Shown here piece after piece: positions 45,300 to 56,412 of a DNA stretch of 64,000 nt. Under the pieces are notes generated by a model. That model saw only the letters and a list, made by a program, of their open reading frames with translations. It did not search any database and was not told the origin of the DNA. Each line of letters opens with the position of its first letter. Position 1 is the first letter of the stretch. The translations under genes were made by a program, and so were the position numbers. Where the stretch lies: IMG/VR virus record IMGVR_UViG_3300027801_002629; one strand, written 5' to 3'. This stretch comes from an uncultured virus (IMG/VR IMGVR_UViG_3300027801_002629). Taxonomy: Duplodnaviria; Heunggongvirae; Uroviricota; Caudoviricetes.

Positions 45300-46154
45300 C
45301 TATCGTACTTTTCGATCATAATACAATTCAAACTTTTTATGAATATAGTGTCCTAGTTTAGCAGTGTATCGATATTCCTGTTCGATAATACAATGCCATC
45401 TATCATCCAATTTTTGAATAGGTACTTTATGTTGAACAGATCTAAAACCAAATAACGTCTCATTATCCCACCCCAATGCACCCCTTACATTTTCTGGAAA
45501 CGATATATCATTTTTAAGGGTTGTCATATCATTGATAATACTAGGAAAATCTTCAAAATAATTTAATTGTTTATTTACGTTTTGAGAAAACCCCATAATA
45601 CCAGTATTATACGCTTCTATATCCGTTGAATATCCGTGTTCATTGAGTAGTAATACAGAATTAATACGTTTTGCGTCCGGTGATCGAAAATTAATTGCTT
45701 TACCAATTCGAAGCATGTGTTCTAGTGATATATCTCTTTCGCTTACCGCTACATTAAAATAGTTTTGACAATCCCACACATCAAAGAAGTTTTCCGTTGT
45801 GTGTGGAATAACATCAAAATCTAAAAATAATACATTATCATATTGTGGTGCTAATTGATCAGCTAAGTAGAATTTATAAAAATTTATAATATTATATTTA
45901 CTCATAGAAGGTAAGATATTTTTACAATACTTACTAAATTCCAAATAGTGTTCTAGATTTTCATATAGAATAAATTCAGCATTACAATTCCGTGCATACT
46001 CTTCTTTACACTGTATAAGATGATGGTAATATTTTTGAAAGGCTTGTCGTGTCTTCTCACTCTTGTTTAACGTATCTCCAGGATAACCTTCATTTAAAAT
46101 ATCGTGGTCTACTTGATCTATATTTACATAGATACTATAAATTACGTTGGCCAT
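45300..46154 (-). CDS. GT-A glycosyltransferase-like protein
   Basis: FLDFDVIP, YNTGIMG, DNETLF, WH. Confidence 0.7.
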   Translation of the reverse strand: MANVIYSIYVNIDQVDHDILNEGYPGDTLNKSEKTRQAFQKYYHHLIQCKEEYARNCNAEFILYENLEHYLEFSKYCKNILPSMSKYNIINFYKFYLADQLAPQYDNVLFLDFDVIPHTTENFFDVWDCQNYFNVAVSERDISLEHMLRIGKAINFRSPDAKRINSVLLLNEHGYSTDIEAYNTGIMGFSQNVNKQLNYFEDFPSIINDMTTLKNDISFPENVRGALGWDNETLFGFRSVQHKVPIQKLDDRWHCIIEQEYRYTAKLGHYIHKKFELYYDRKVR

Positions 46155-47218
46155 TGTTTCTCAAAATTTTTATTTAAAAAATGTCTAAATTTACACGAAT
46201 CAAATTCATCATAAAATGTATGACTTGATAATTGTAATAAAACGGAATTCCAATCAACAAAATAATTCCATTCTCTACCAATATCTTTTACTGGAACATT
46301 ATTAGTTATCATCTTATAGGAAAATAATACTTCATTGTTTATGTCTATATGATTAGTTACATATTCTGGCCAATTTTCAGATTGTATATTTTTAATCGTA
46401 TTACAAAAGTTATCAAAATTTTCAAAAATATTTAATTGAGCAAGAGTATCTTTACAAAACCCCATTACACCTGTATTATAAAATGTAGCTTTACCTTCTG
46501 TTAATATATCAATTGCTGCATATTTTACTGCATCATCCCATGGTCTAATGTCGTCTGGTCTATGACCCTCTTTAATATATTTTGGTGGACTTGGTGGATT
46601 TGAGAGTTCATTTTTAAAATTTTGTTTTTCTAACCACCAATCTAGGGGATATTTTTTTTCAAATTCTTTCGGAGTTTTTTCAACAATCCACGGTATACCA
46701 TGAAAACTTGTTTCCGTAATACCTTTATTGTATGAATCTTTAGCTTGATTATATTTGTCAACGTGTTGAATATATTTGTCAATGCTTTTATTATGTGCAA
46801 CCGCTTCAGACGCGTCCTCATATTGTTTAACATATTCAATAGCCATTTGAGAATTATACGGAATTGTAGACTTGACAGCAACATATTCATTAACATTAAA
46901 AACTGTAAAAAAATTATCTTTAGTATTAGGAATAACATCAAAATCGATGTACAAAATTTCATCATAATTTGTTTGACATAATTCTTCTGCATAATAGTAC
47001 TTTGAAAAATTGATTTTATCGTAATAGGAAACATTAGATGGAAGTTTATCATCAATCATCTCTGGTAATTTTTCAAATAATACATAATCAGCATTAATTA
47101 AGTTTGCATATTTTTTATGAGCTGTTATAATTTTCGTATAATATTTTTGAAAAGCATCGAATTTATTTCTGTAACCTCGTAATGGTACATATATGCTATA
47201 AACACATCTCTTAGTCAT
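46142..47218 (-). CDS. GT-A glycosyltransferase-like protein, paralog of 45300
   Basis: YIDFDVIP, YNTGVMG, NNEVLF, RHFLNK. Confidence 0.7.
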   Translation of the reverse strand: MTKRCVYSIYVPLRGYRNKFDAFQKYYTKIITAHKKYANLINADYVLFEKLPEMIDDKLPSNVSYYDKINFSKYYYAEELCQTNYDEILYIDFDVIPNTKDNFFTVFNVNEYVAVKSTIPYNSQMAIEYVKQYEDASEAVAHNKSIDKYIQHVDKYNQAKDSYNKGITETSFHGIPWIVEKTPKEFEKKYPLDWWLEKQNFKNELSNPPSPPKYIKEGHRPDDIRPWDDAVKYAAIDILTEGKATFYNTGVMGFCKDTLAQLNIFENFDNFCNTIKNIQSENWPEYVTNHIDINNEVLFSYKMITNNVPVKDIGREWNYFVDWNSVLLQLSSHTFYDEFDSCKFRHFLNKNFEKQWPT

Positions 47219-47537
47219 AATATTTATTCTCTTCAGTATTATATGAACAAGTTTCTTTACAAATTGAATGACAAGTTTTTTCGGAATTCCAAGATTCTGG
47301 TAATGTTTTGGTGTACCATTCGTGCTCTACTATTTTTTGTAAAGTATTATTAAAAATATTAAGTTCTTTTTTCTGTTTATCATATTCTTGAAATATATGA
47401 TGATCAGTCCACTCGTCATAAAGATTTAACAGCTTCCCCTTAAATGCTGTATTAGCAAAATAACAACACGGCCAAGCCTGTCCATCTGGATTTATCAATA
47501 ACAGATGTTCTTTTAACCATCTACATCTAATCATCAA
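47211..47537 (-). CDS. Stand-alone SPASM-like Fe-S domain protein
   Basis: CRW...INPDGQAWPCCY...CHSICKETC. Confidence 0.75.
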   Translation of the reverse strand: MMIRCRWLKEHLLLINPDGQAWPCCYFANTAFKGKLLNLYDEWTDHHIFQEYDKQKKELNIFNNTLQKIVEHEWYTKTLPESWNSEKTCHSICKETCSYNTEENKYYD

Positions 47538-48195
47538 TTTTCTCTAGTATAAATTTTTCATTTTTTTGATTGGAAAAAGATAAGGTTGACATTGACTCCC
47601 ATCTATTAGACGGAACTGCACAAAACTCGGTACATCCATAATTGCTCACCAATTTTTGAATATCGTCAATAAAATCTTGATTATGTTTAAACTTTATAGT
47701 ATATACTGTTGCGTTTGAATGACTAGAAAGAGCCTTCATATTATCTAAAATTTTTTGTAAGTTGGTATTTTGTCGATATAAGGAATGCATTTCTTGAGTT
47801 GTTCCATCAACATCAAAGAAAACATTTAATCTGTCTCCACATAAATGTCCTAAAGAGTACCACCAAAATTCATCTCTCAGGCTTCCATTTGTATTGAGTG
47901 TCACTAGACATTCTGAATTTTTGATAACATATTCACATATTTTATATATGTCCTTGTTCATAATTGGATCACCCCAAGTACCACATATTTGAAATTCATA
48001 TATAAGGTTTAATGATTCAATAGGAAATGCCTTTTTGAACATATCTAAAGACCACTGTATCAATGGTAGCCAAGATTGCTTTTTTAATCCATTAGGGTCT
48101 GTTCTATGACATTGTGGACATCCTGCATTACAATGTGTACATAAATCTAACCAAATGTTTATGTTTTTATATTTTGCTGTGTACATGTAATCCAT
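47527..48195 (-). CDS. Radical SAM protein (core only)
   Basis: CNAGCPQC, GTWGDP, NTNGS, DVDG. Confidence 0.88.
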   Translation of the reverse strand: MDYMYTAKYKNINIWLDLCTHCNAGCPQCHRTDPNGLKKQSWLPLIQWSLDMFKKAFPIESLNLIYEFQICGTWGDPIMNKDIYKICEYVIKNSECLVTLNTNGSLRDEFWWYSLGHLCGDRLNVFFDVDGTTQEMHSLYRQNTNLQKILDNMKALSSHSNATVYTIKFKHNQDFIDDIQKLVSNYGCTEFCAVPSNRWESMSTLSFSNQKNEKFILEKIDD

Positions 48196-49235
48196 GTTTT
48201 GATTTGCTTTTCAACCAAATGTTCGTATTTAGAATATGTATTAGAAAACTTGTCCATTGAGGATAGCTTAATTTTCATATTATCATATATTTCTTGCAAG
48301 GTATCTTCATCCAAATTCCAGAGAGATAAATGTTCTGGATAGCGTATAGTATTATACCACAAATTAGTGTCATACATCTCACAGAATTCTGCTGCAAGAT
48401 GCATCTCCCACCAATTATTTCTCATTGGATTTACCATAATGGAAATTTTCTTATTATGTGTTTCACTATACTCTAAAAATATTTTAAAATTCTTTATTAA
48501 TGTTTCATAGTTAGCATTAATTCTAATTTTTTCATATGTTTCTTTTGTGAAACCATCCATTGAAACGTTGAACCAAATATTGTTATTATCCAAAAGACGT
48601 TGTACCTTTTTGTTATATACAGTACCATTGGTGGCAATATTAATTTTTAAATTGGGATTAATTTTAACAACATTTTCACAAATTTTATGAACAATATTTT
48701 GAAGTAATGGCTCTCCCCCATTGAATCTCAATTCTTCAAGATATGGAATAAATTCATTTAATTGCTCAACAAAGCTATCATCATACAACTGTTCTAATGG
48801 TGGTAATTTTTCTCTATTTTTTCGAATACCACTACTCAATATACCGGAACACATTAAACATTCTAAATTACATTGATTACTGAGTTCTAATTCCATAACA
48901 GTAGGATACTCAATATCAATACTAAAATTGTCATATGCTAAAGCAAGAGGCCAAATACCATTATCGATATCACTCTTACATAATTTACACTGGTCTTCAA
49001 AAACATTATTTTTTAAATTGTCACGATATTGTCGAAACTTTTCTCCAAACCAAATATCACGTACAGATTTTTTCTTAGACCACTTATCTAAAAAACCACT
49101 GCTTAACCAACATGGTGAAACTTGTCCACGTACAGCAAAGTACATATTATTAAATGGTGCTACACACGGTGAAAATTTATGACAACTCTTGCCCGTTTGG
49201 ATATCACGTTCTTGATTATATTTTTCTAAATTCAT
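48159..49235 (-). CDS. Radical SAM protein with N-terminal twitch/SPASM domain
   Basis: CVAPF..PCW..CKLC; CNLECLMC; GGEP; TNG. Confidence 0.88.
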   Translation of the reverse strand: MNLEKYNQERDIQTGKSCHKFSPCVAPFNNMYFAVRGQVSPCWLSSGFLDKWSKKKSVRDIWFGEKFRQYRDNLKNNVFEDQCKLCKSDIDNGIWPLALAYDNFSIDIEYPTVMELELSNQCNLECLMCSGILSSGIRKNREKLPPLEQLYDDSFVEQLNEFIPYLEELRFNGGEPLLQNIVHKICENVVKINPNLKINIATNGTVYNKKVQRLLDNNNIWFNVSMDGFTKETYEKIRINANYETLIKNFKIFLEYSETHNKKISIMVNPMRNNWWEMHLAAEFCEMYDTNLWYNTIRYPEHLSLWNLDEDTLQEIYDNMKIKLSSMDKFSNTYSKYEHLVEKQIKTWITCTQQNIKT

Positions 49236-50391
49236 TTAAAATCTCACACCAGTCAGGAAATACATGTTGATATTTTTGTTTACGAATCTCATCAAATTTA
49301 TCAGTTTTTATTATAAACTCATTTGTTTTATCTTTGCCCTCAGTATGAAGAAATTGTGTAATCGGTGCTAATAATTCAATATCCGTATATTTGTCAATCA
49401 GAAGTCCCTTAATATAGGGATGTAAATTTTTAATGGAATACCAATCATTATAATGTAACATACCAAAATTTACGATTTTATCTGTGACATAATCTTTAAA
49501 AAATTCAATATATTCTTTTAGATAGAAAACATTTAAATTGCTAATTGTACAGTACAAGTAAATTCCAATGTGAGGATTTTCTTTCGACATATTATAATAA
49601 TCTTCAATATTACGTAGAACATCAGACCACTTTGATGGAAAACGATGAAATTCAAATCGATCTTCAATATCGTCAATGCTCAATGAAATAGTAACTTTCT
49701 TAAAACTCAATAAGATTTCATTGAATTTAGAATCAAATATTTTACCATTTGTGGTAATTGTAAGTGCTACTTGGTCAGCATACCCTTCTTGTTGAATAAT
49801 TCGCAACATCTTCTTATTCTCTGGACTCAACAATGGTTCACCACCCGTGAGTTCAAGTTCACGTATATGGGGCAACCATTCCAAAAACACACGCTCATTA
49901 GATGTATTGAAAATTTTATTACTTAGCCAATAATCTTTATCTTTAAACGTTGACCCAAAAAATTGATGTTGTTCTTTCAAAAATAGACTCGATGCTTGTG
50001 GACCACATATTCTACATTTCATATTACATACATTGGTCAATTTAAAATCAAATGAGGTAGGTGATGTTGCATCAGTTTTTGTAAAGTCTTTATTTTCCCA
50101 GCTATCTTTTTTCCATTTAATTAAATTTTCTCTATAACTCTGTACACCAACTTCTTCTTCTCCCCAACAAATTTCACATTCTTTAGGTAATTCACCATCG
50201 ATAAACCTCTGCCTTAACTTTTTCAATTCCTTACCATTCCACAGACTATCAAGAGTTCCGTCTTTCATCCACGGCATTTTATTTTCAGTTTGCTTTTCAG
50301 GTTGTGAAAATTTACAGCAAGGTCTAATTGAACCATTTACATCCGTAGACATATGATACCAAGGAGCTGGACAAAATTTATTATTCTTCAT
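49216..50391 (-). CDS. Radical SAM protein with N-terminal twitch/SPASM domain
   Basis: CPAPW..PCC..CEIC; CNMKCRIC; GGEP. Confidence 0.88.
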   Translation of the reverse strand: MKNNKFCPAPWYHMSTDVNGSIRPCCKFSQPEKQTENKMPWMKDGTLDSLWNGKELKKLRQRFIDGELPKECEICWGEEEVGVQSYRENLIKWKKDSWENKDFTKTDATSPTSFDFKLTNVCNMKCRICGPQASSLFLKEQHQFFGSTFKDKDYWLSNKIFNTSNERVFLEWLPHIRELELTGGEPLLSPENKKMLRIIQQEGYADQVALTITTNGKIFDSKFNEILLSFKKVTISLSIDDIEDRFEFHRFPSKWSDVLRNIEDYYNMSKENPHIGIYLYCTISNLNVFYLKEYIEFFKDYVTDKIVNFGMLHYNDWYSIKNLHPYIKGLLIDKYTDIELLAPITQFLHTEGKDKTNEFIIKTDKFDEIRKQKYQHVFPDWCEILNEFRKI

Positions 50392-50716
50392 CTACACCAC
50401 ACATCAAGGTACATAATTTATGAGTAGTCTCAGGTTTTTCCCAAGATTCAGGTAACGTTTTAGTAAACCACTCATGATTTAAAATGTCTTCAAGGTCATT
50501 AGTAAACAAGTTCAGCTTATCTTCATTTTTAGAGTATTCTTCAAAAATATGGTGATTTACTATATCATATCCATATGAGATTTTACCGTCTCTCTCCTCT
50601 TGTATTTTAGATGTGAATGCTGGATTGGAAAGATAACAACACGGCCAAGCCTGACCATCAGGATTGATCAACAATTTTTTATCCTTTGCCCATTGACATA
50701 CAATTTTTTTTGTCAT
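50381..50716 (-). CDS. Stand-alone SPASM-like Fe-S domain protein
   Basis: CQW...INPDGQAWPCCY...CTLMC; paralog of 47211. Confidence 0.75.
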   Translation of the reverse strand: MTKKIVCQWAKDKKLLINPDGQAWPCCYLSNPAFTSKIQEERDGKISYGYDIVNHHIFEEYSKNEDKLNLFTNDLEDILNHEWFTKTLPESWEKPETTHKLCTLMCGVDEE

Positions 50717-51495
50717 AACTCAACCTTTTCTTCTTGATTATATAATGTAATGTCTTTTTTCCCATTCCCACAAGCCTTCAATCCATTAATCCACTTATAA
50801 TAATCTTGCTCCCGATATAGTGGATTATTATAATTTGTAATTGCCTCTAATTTTTTCTTGTTTCCTTGACCATCAATAAATTCAAATTCTGAATGTTTAC
50901 CAAATCTGTTTGAAGGGAAAAATAAAATATTTGTAGCACCATGATCGAATACTAACCTAGTAATATCTTCCAAATGTTGTTCATTATGTTTAAAAACAAC
51001 TGTAAAAACGGATGATCTCCCATACTCTGAAAAAGCGTCCATGTTGTCTAAAATCTTATTTAAGTTAGTATTAATACGATATTTGCTATGCATTTCTTGT
51101 GTCGTACCTTCTATAGCAAAAAACACCTCACCCCTATGTCCTGTCAAATGTCCAAACTTAAACCACCATATATCATCATAAAAACTACCATTGGTACTAA
51201 TCAAAATATGTGTATTAGATTCGTTCATTACATATTCAATAATTTCATATAGATGTTTATTCGTAAGAGGATCACCCCATGTACCACAAATCTCTATACG
51301 ACTAATGTGTTGTAGTGTTTTAACTGGAAATGCTTTTTTAAATTCATCAAACGTCCACCGTATAATAGGCAACCAATTAAACTTTTTCAATCCACTCGGA
51401 TTAGTTCGATGACATTGAGGACATTTAGCATTACAGGCAGTTGAAATATCCAACCACATATTCATACCCTTTTCATAATACGTGTCAAGATACAT
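50713..51495 (-). CDS. Radical SAM protein (core only)
   Basis: CNAKCPQC, GTWGDP, STNGS; paralog of 47527. Confidence 0.88.
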   Translation of the reverse strand: MYLDTYYEKGMNMWLDISTACNAKCPQCHRTNPSGLKKFNWLPIIRWTFDEFKKAFPVKTLQHISRIEICGTWGDPLTNKHLYEIIEYVMNESNTHILISTNGSFYDDIWWFKFGHLTGHRGEVFFAIEGTTQEMHSKYRINTNLNKILDNMDAFSEYGRSSVFTVVFKHNEQHLEDITRLVFDHGATNILFFPSNRFGKHSEFEFIDGQGNKKKLEAITNYNNPLYREQDYYKWINGLKACGNGKKDITLYNQEEKVEL

Positions 51496-52651
51496 CTAAA
51501 ATCATCTCCTCTAATTGGTTCATAGCAGGAACACAATTTTCTAATTCTATACCCCTAACACTATTCATAACTGAAATCCACTTTTGTATAGCAGTCAAAT
51601 AATACTCACGGTCAACATGTTCAAAACTCTTAGGTCTATCCAATACAGTTCCGGTAAATTTAGGTATTTTATCATAAAAATAATCCAGATAATATTGTGT
51701 TAAAAATTTAAAGCTTGATATTTTAGGATGATGAACAATATTTGTAGCTGATAGGGTTCGTGTATAAGGACTCTCATCCCAATACTTAATTTGTTCATGT
51801 AAGTTTGTATAGTTGTATAATGATACAGTAATGTTTACCGTTGTTTTAATATTAAGCTCATTGGTATAGATATCCATTTGCTCTAATAACTTATCCCACT
51901 TACTACTTCGTAACCATTCATACTGATTATATAATCCATCAACGCTTGCATCTACATCTAAATGTTTAATCTTTTTGAGGATTGGAATATATTTACCAAC
52001 TAGGAGAAAATTTGAAATAATTTGAACATAGCATTCAGGATTAACTTTTGTGAGGTGTTCCAAAAGTTCTATATTATTTTTATCAGCAAAAGGTTCACCA
52101 CCCTTTAAGCATAAAACATTAATGTCTGGTAACGCTTGCTTTATTTTATTTAATTCGGTTGATTGTAATCTTTCACTATTAACAATCCAATGACGACTTA
52201 CATTTTCTACACTAAGTTCTTTTTCAATCCCTGGATACATCTTCATAAGTTTTCGATCAAGAGTATTCCATGCCGATGAAAACCAACCATTACATGTTGT
52301 ACAAGTTTGATTACAAATATTACTTGTTGTAATCTCAAGATATTTTAATTTATTACCCTTAATTTTCCACTTAGGATCTAATGTATCATCAACCATATCC
52401 ATAAAAGTACGCTCACCATTTGAATGTTGATCTAAACACTCGCCACACAAAGCTGGGTGTTCACCTTTATCATCTATTTTATGATTGATATCACGTAGAT
52501 ATTCACTAGTAAAAAAAGAATCTATACTTTTATAATCCTTTAACATAAGGTCTTTTCTAAACCCAAATGGCTTCTGAGCTTGACAGCATGGAGCTAAACT
52601 ACCATTTGGATTAATTACTAAAGAACATTTAGGCACTTGACACTTAATCAT
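51485..52651 (-). CDS. Radical SAM protein with N-terminal twitch/SPASM domain
   Basis: CQVP..PCC..CGEC; CNQTCTTC; GGEP. Confidence 0.85.
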   Translation of the reverse strand: MIKCQVPKCSLVINPNGSLAPCCQAQKPFGFRKDLMLKDYKSIDSFFTSEYLRDINHKIDDKGEHPALCGECLDQHSNGERTFMDMVDDTLDPKWKIKGNKLKYLEITTSNICNQTCTTCNGWFSSAWNTLDRKLMKMYPGIEKELSVENVSRHWIVNSERLQSTELNKIKQALPDINVLCLKGGEPFADKNNIELLEHLTKVNPECYVQIISNFLLVGKYIPILKKIKHLDVDASVDGLYNQYEWLRSSKWDKLLEQMDIYTNELNIKTTVNITVSLYNYTNLHEQIKYWDESPYTRTLSATNIVHHPKISSFKFLTQYYLDYFYDKIPKFTGTVLDRPKSFEHVDREYYLTAIQKWISVMNSVRGIELENCVPAMNQLEEMILDVS

Positions 52652-53676
52652 ACAAATTCCTGTAAATTATGTCGAATAGTTAATGGTCCTCCCATGACTT
52701 TTTTTAATTCTACCAAACTCATTAGATCCTTAAATTCTTCATTATTAATTACTTCAATTTTTTCATATTGTTCATCTGATAAATGTCCCCATTGTCTAGG
52801 ACGCTTAAATTCCACAAAGGTGCCTTCTGCATATAAAGGAAATGATTCACCAAGTTTTATAAAATCTAACATTTCTTTATAATTGTCTTGTTGTACTACC
52901 ATACTAATGCCCAATAGTTTCAAATTGGGTAAGCGTTTAATAAACTCTAAATTGTTTAATAATCTTTTCCAATTTCCTGGAGGTCTAACTTTTAAATAAG
53001 TTTCCTCACATGCAGCATCTATTGAAATATCTATTGACAAATCTAAATCATGTATCCCTTTCATTTTTTGATATAATTTGTCAGTAAGTAACTGTCCGTT
53101 AGTATGAAAATGTATACGTTTAATATTCGGATATTTTTGAGAGTTGAATTCAAATAAAAATTTTCGAAAGATTTGACTCTGAAAAGGATCACCTACACCA
53201 GTTAATGCGATTGATTCTACTTCAGGTAAAATATTCTCTTCTACATAATTATGTAGGTGTTGTAATTTTGTAAGATCCTCTCCTTTTGCATGAAAGAAAT
53301 TATGCCTACAAGTTGGACATTTTAAATTACACGTTTCATCATAATTTAAGTTGATGTGATTTAGTCTAAATGGTTTCTTGGTATAGCGACTTTGTACATT
53401 TTCAACAAGAGGTGTGACATGATTAGAAAAAACACCAGATAAACAATCTCCAATATATGGACACCAACCCCAATCACAATATTTTAATGTACCATCATAA
53501 CACGAATCACGGAATTTTGTAACAGCTTTACCTGACCATATTTCCTCCCAGCTATCATTAAAAATATTACCAAAGGGAAACTCAACCCAGTCAGGGCAAC
53601 ATGCTGGCCAAACATTGCCGCTGTCATCTATAGAAATTCTTTCAAATGGCAAGTTACAAAAAAGTTTCATTTTCAT
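52648..53676 (-). CDS. Radical SAM protein with N-terminal SPASM domain
   Basis: CNLPF..ACC..C..CP; CNLKCPTC; GDPF; HTNG. Confidence 0.85.
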   Translation of the reverse strand: MKMKLFCNLPFERISIDDSGNVWPACCPDWVEFPFGNIFNDSWEEIWSGKAVTKFRDSCYDGTLKYCDWGWCPYIGDCLSGVFSNHVTPLVENVQSRYTKKPFRLNHINLNYDETCNLKCPTCRHNFFHAKGEDLTKLQHLHNYVEENILPEVESIALTGVGDPFQSQIFRKFLFEFNSQKYPNIKRIHFHTNGQLLTDKLYQKMKGIHDLDLSIDISIDAACEETYLKVRPPGNWKRLLNNLEFIKRLPNLKLLGISMVVQQDNYKEMLDFIKLGESFPLYAEGTFVEFKRPRQWGHLSDEQYEKIEVINNEEFKDLMSLVELKKVMGGPLTIRHNLQEFV

Positions 53677-54284
53677 AATTCATTAAACTCTATTGTGCCA
53701 TTCCAATATTCATAAGATCCCCCTACTGAAACTCTCTGGCTATAATTGAATAATTTATTAATTTTTATTAAGTCTCTATCTTTTTCCATATCTGTTGGTA
53801 AATATATATCTTCCCAATCTATTAATGTCATAGTATTTTTATCTGCAATAACATCAGATAATTGATATGTGTATTTTGCATAAGGTAATATCTCTTGATA
53901 TGTATTTTTAAAAAAATTAGCTATTGTCCATTTTACTAAATCAGAGCTTTCATTATCTTGTATATATTGTTTACCACTATATCCGTTTATAAATTTGTAG
54001 GTATAATATTCTCTATCCTCTTTTATTATATAATCAATAATATAGTTTGGATTTATTTTATTTAATATTTTAATTTCTTCTTTATAATGTTCCCCTTTCG
54101 GAAAATATTTTGTTACTAATCCATTTAGATATGTCATTCTTCTATTAGATATAGCGTATACACCTTCATACCATTCCCAATCAAATGATTCGACCGGTTC
54201 ATACCATTGATTTGTATCAAAATTTATTACGTATGTATGGTCTTTTTTAAAATATTGTTTACCCTTCTGCCAATACCAATCCAT
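53673..54284 (-). CDS. Hypothetical protein, weak kinase/phosphotransferase-like
   Basis: EEIKIL, YKFING, LSDVI...LIDWED. Confidence 0.35.
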   Translation of the reverse strand: MDWYWQKGKQYFKKDHTYVINFDTNQWYEPVESFDWEWYEGVYAISNRRMTYLNGLVTKYFPKGEHYKEEIKILNKINPNYIIDYIIKEDREYYTYKFINGYSGKQYIQDNESSDLVKWTIANFFKNTYQEILPYAKYTYQLSDVIADKNTMTLIDWEDIYLPTDMEKDRDLIKINKLFNYSQRVSVGGSYEYWNGTIEFNEL

Positions 54285-54290
54285 ATTATT

Positions 54291-55067
54291 TCATTTCCAA
54301 CATTGTTCAATCCAATTATGTTGACCAACTGCCTCATGTAATTCTATGTGATGATCATAATTTTTATCACAATTAAAAACACATATTATTTTTTCAGGTC
54401 TATGTATATGATATTCTACATCGTCCGGCCAATGACATCCACGATTAAAACTATAATAATATTCTGACGGAACAAAATCAAAAGAATCTAAATGTCGATT
54501 ACTAATATAATTATCACTTCCTCCATAAAACAAAAAATAAATCATTTCAGTATTATTGTTCAAATCTTCCCAGATCTTTTTAGTCGATTCACAATCTTCC
54601 CATAGATAAATTCCTCCATTATTTCTTGCCCCATATCGTTTAGCCCAAGCTGGTTTTTTTTCTTCATCCATATCATGCCACCATGACCTAGCAGTTAGCG
54701 GTTTTCCTTGATATAAATCAAGTAATGGACACATATCTTTTTGTATAATGAGATCAATGTCTAGTGCTATCTTTAATCCTGTTAAGTTCCATCCATTAGG
54801 TTTCCAATAATTTAATTTTGGTCTGTCCCAAAGTCGTGGCTTATTAAATCTAAAATCTTCTGATGCTTCCATTTCCTCTGGAGTAGAATTTGGGAGATCA
54901 GTTAAAAATGGTAGAGTTTCTATTTTTGTATTTAATCCATCTCTAACATTTGTCTGACAAAAAAAGGTGAAATCTCTATGGAGATTTTTCTTTACTCCAT
55001 TGTACAACTTATTCACATAATCTGTTGTATATTTTGTTCCCCATAATGAACATATTACATTAATCAT
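54291..55067 (-). CDS. GT-A glycosyltransferase-like protein (WGTKY..YVNKLY)
   Basis: LDIDLII, SDNYI, YSFN. Confidence 0.7.
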   Translation of the reverse strand: MINVICSLWGTKYTTDYVNKLYNGVKKNLHRDFTFFCQTNVRDGLNTKIETLPFLTDLPNSTPEEMEASEDFRFNKPRLWDRPKLNYWKPNGWNLTGLKIALDIDLIIQKDMCPLLDLYQGKPLTARSWWHDMDEEKKPAWAKRYGARNNGGIYLWEDCESTKKIWEDLNNNTEMIYFLFYGGSDNYISNRHLDSFDFVPSEYYYSFNRGCHWPDDVEYHIHRPEKIICVFNCDKNYDHHIELHEAVGQHNWIEQCWK

Positions 55068-55783
55068 TTTTGATATCCAATAAGGGAAAGAGTTTTATAT
55101 TTTTCATTATTTCTATCCCCATAATTGTTGTAACTACGTGCATATGGATCGGTGCTTTTATAGAGTACGTTATTCATTCCAGATTGTTCTTGAAATTTCT
55201 CAAGAGTTTCACAGCAATTGACATGAGAATCTTCTAGATCATAATTATTTATTTGGTATCCAAGAACAGGATTAGTTGTTTTTAGCTCCAAATGCTTCAT
55301 GTAGTACATATGTTCACATGCTGTATTTATTATTACGTCAGGAGGATATTTCTCTTCCCAATATTCTGATTTCCCAAATAACAAATCAAAATTAACATCA
55401 CAAAGTTCTCTAACAAGTAAACGATTATGTTTTTCATTGAATGTCCAACAAATTTCATGAACCTCATTATCAAAATCAAATGCTATTATATGTTTTACTT
55501 TAGGGAAATAGTGCATAATCAATGGTATCATTATATGTCCATACCAACTCCCTAAAATCCAGAATGTCATTTCTTTATCCGAATCTGCACAAAGACTAAG
55601 ATTTTCAATTAGGCTACATTTATGCCTATATTGTCGTTCAGTATTTGCTAAAGCAAAATCACGCCATCTCCACGGAAAATTATGTGTAATACGTTCTAGT
55701 GCATGACTCCATTCCCACACAGGAAATATTTGATTCTCCATTGAGAAAGTTTCAGGATTTAATTCCATAATTTTTTCACCCAA
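55064..55783 (-). CDS. Class I methyltransferase-like protein
   Basis: ILGSWYG, FDFD, INTACEHM, HVNC. Confidence 0.6.
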   Translation of the reverse strand: MGEKIMELNPETFSMENQIFPVWEWSHALERITHNFPWRWRDFALANTERQYRHKCSLIENLSLCADSDKEMTFWILGSWYGHIMIPLIMHYFPKVKHIIAFDFDNEVHEICWTFNEKHNRLLVRELCDVNFDLLFGKSEYWEEKYPPDVIINTACEHMYYMKHLELKTTNPVLGYQINNYDLEDSHVNCCETLEKFQEQSGMNNVLYKSTDPYARSYNNYGDRNNEKYKTLSLIGYQK

Positions 55784-56412
55784 TCTACGTGCATTAAAGT
55801 ATCTTGTTTATTTTGAATATAATCAAATAATATTACAGGACGATCTTCTCTATGTTGATCATTACTAGAGTAAGAGTATGCTATATTATCATACAATGAA
55901 TAACTCATTTTATGCTTATAGTTTATATAATTATCAATTCCATGAAATAAAAATATTATCATTTCTTTGTTCTCTTCAAATTCTTGCCAAATATGATGAC
56001 GCTTAGTGTCCTTGTTCCAAGATAAAATGGAAGAGTTTATATCGCAGTATTGATAATGTTTACACAACACATCTTGTCGCATCTGTTCACAATCTACCCA
56101 ATCTGTATATAAAAATTTAGTATTCTTATCATATTCTATTTTAAACGTATCTTGAAGGATGATGTCTAAATCGAAATAAACACTATCATCCAGTGTCATC
56201 CACTCTTCATTAAATAGCCACATTTTCCACCACCATTTAGATAACTTATCATTTGGTAGTGGTATGATGTTAATATTTTTGTTAATGTTTTTCGGATCTT
56301 CTGTTATACAATGAAAATCAAAATTTTCAAAATGACGGACGCACATATTATATAATTTGTTCACAAATACATAATTATACTTGGTTCCCCATTTAAGACA
56401 TATTATATTCAA
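55759..56412 (-). CDS. GT-A glycosyltransferase-like protein
   Basis: CLKWGTKY..FVNKLY, WWWKM, FDLDII, NSSI, GIDNYI. Confidence 0.72.
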   Translation of the reverse strand: MNIICLKWGTKYNYVFVNKLYNMCVRHFENFDFHCITEDPKNINKNINIIPLPNDKLSKWWWKMWLFNEEWMTLDDSVYFDLDIILQDTFKIEYDKNTKFLYTDWVDCEQMRQDVLCKHYQYCDINSSILSWNKDTKRHHIWQEFEENKEMIIFLFHGIDNYINYKHKMSYSLYDNIAYSYSSNDQHREDRPVILFDYIQNKQDTLMHVDWVKKLWN

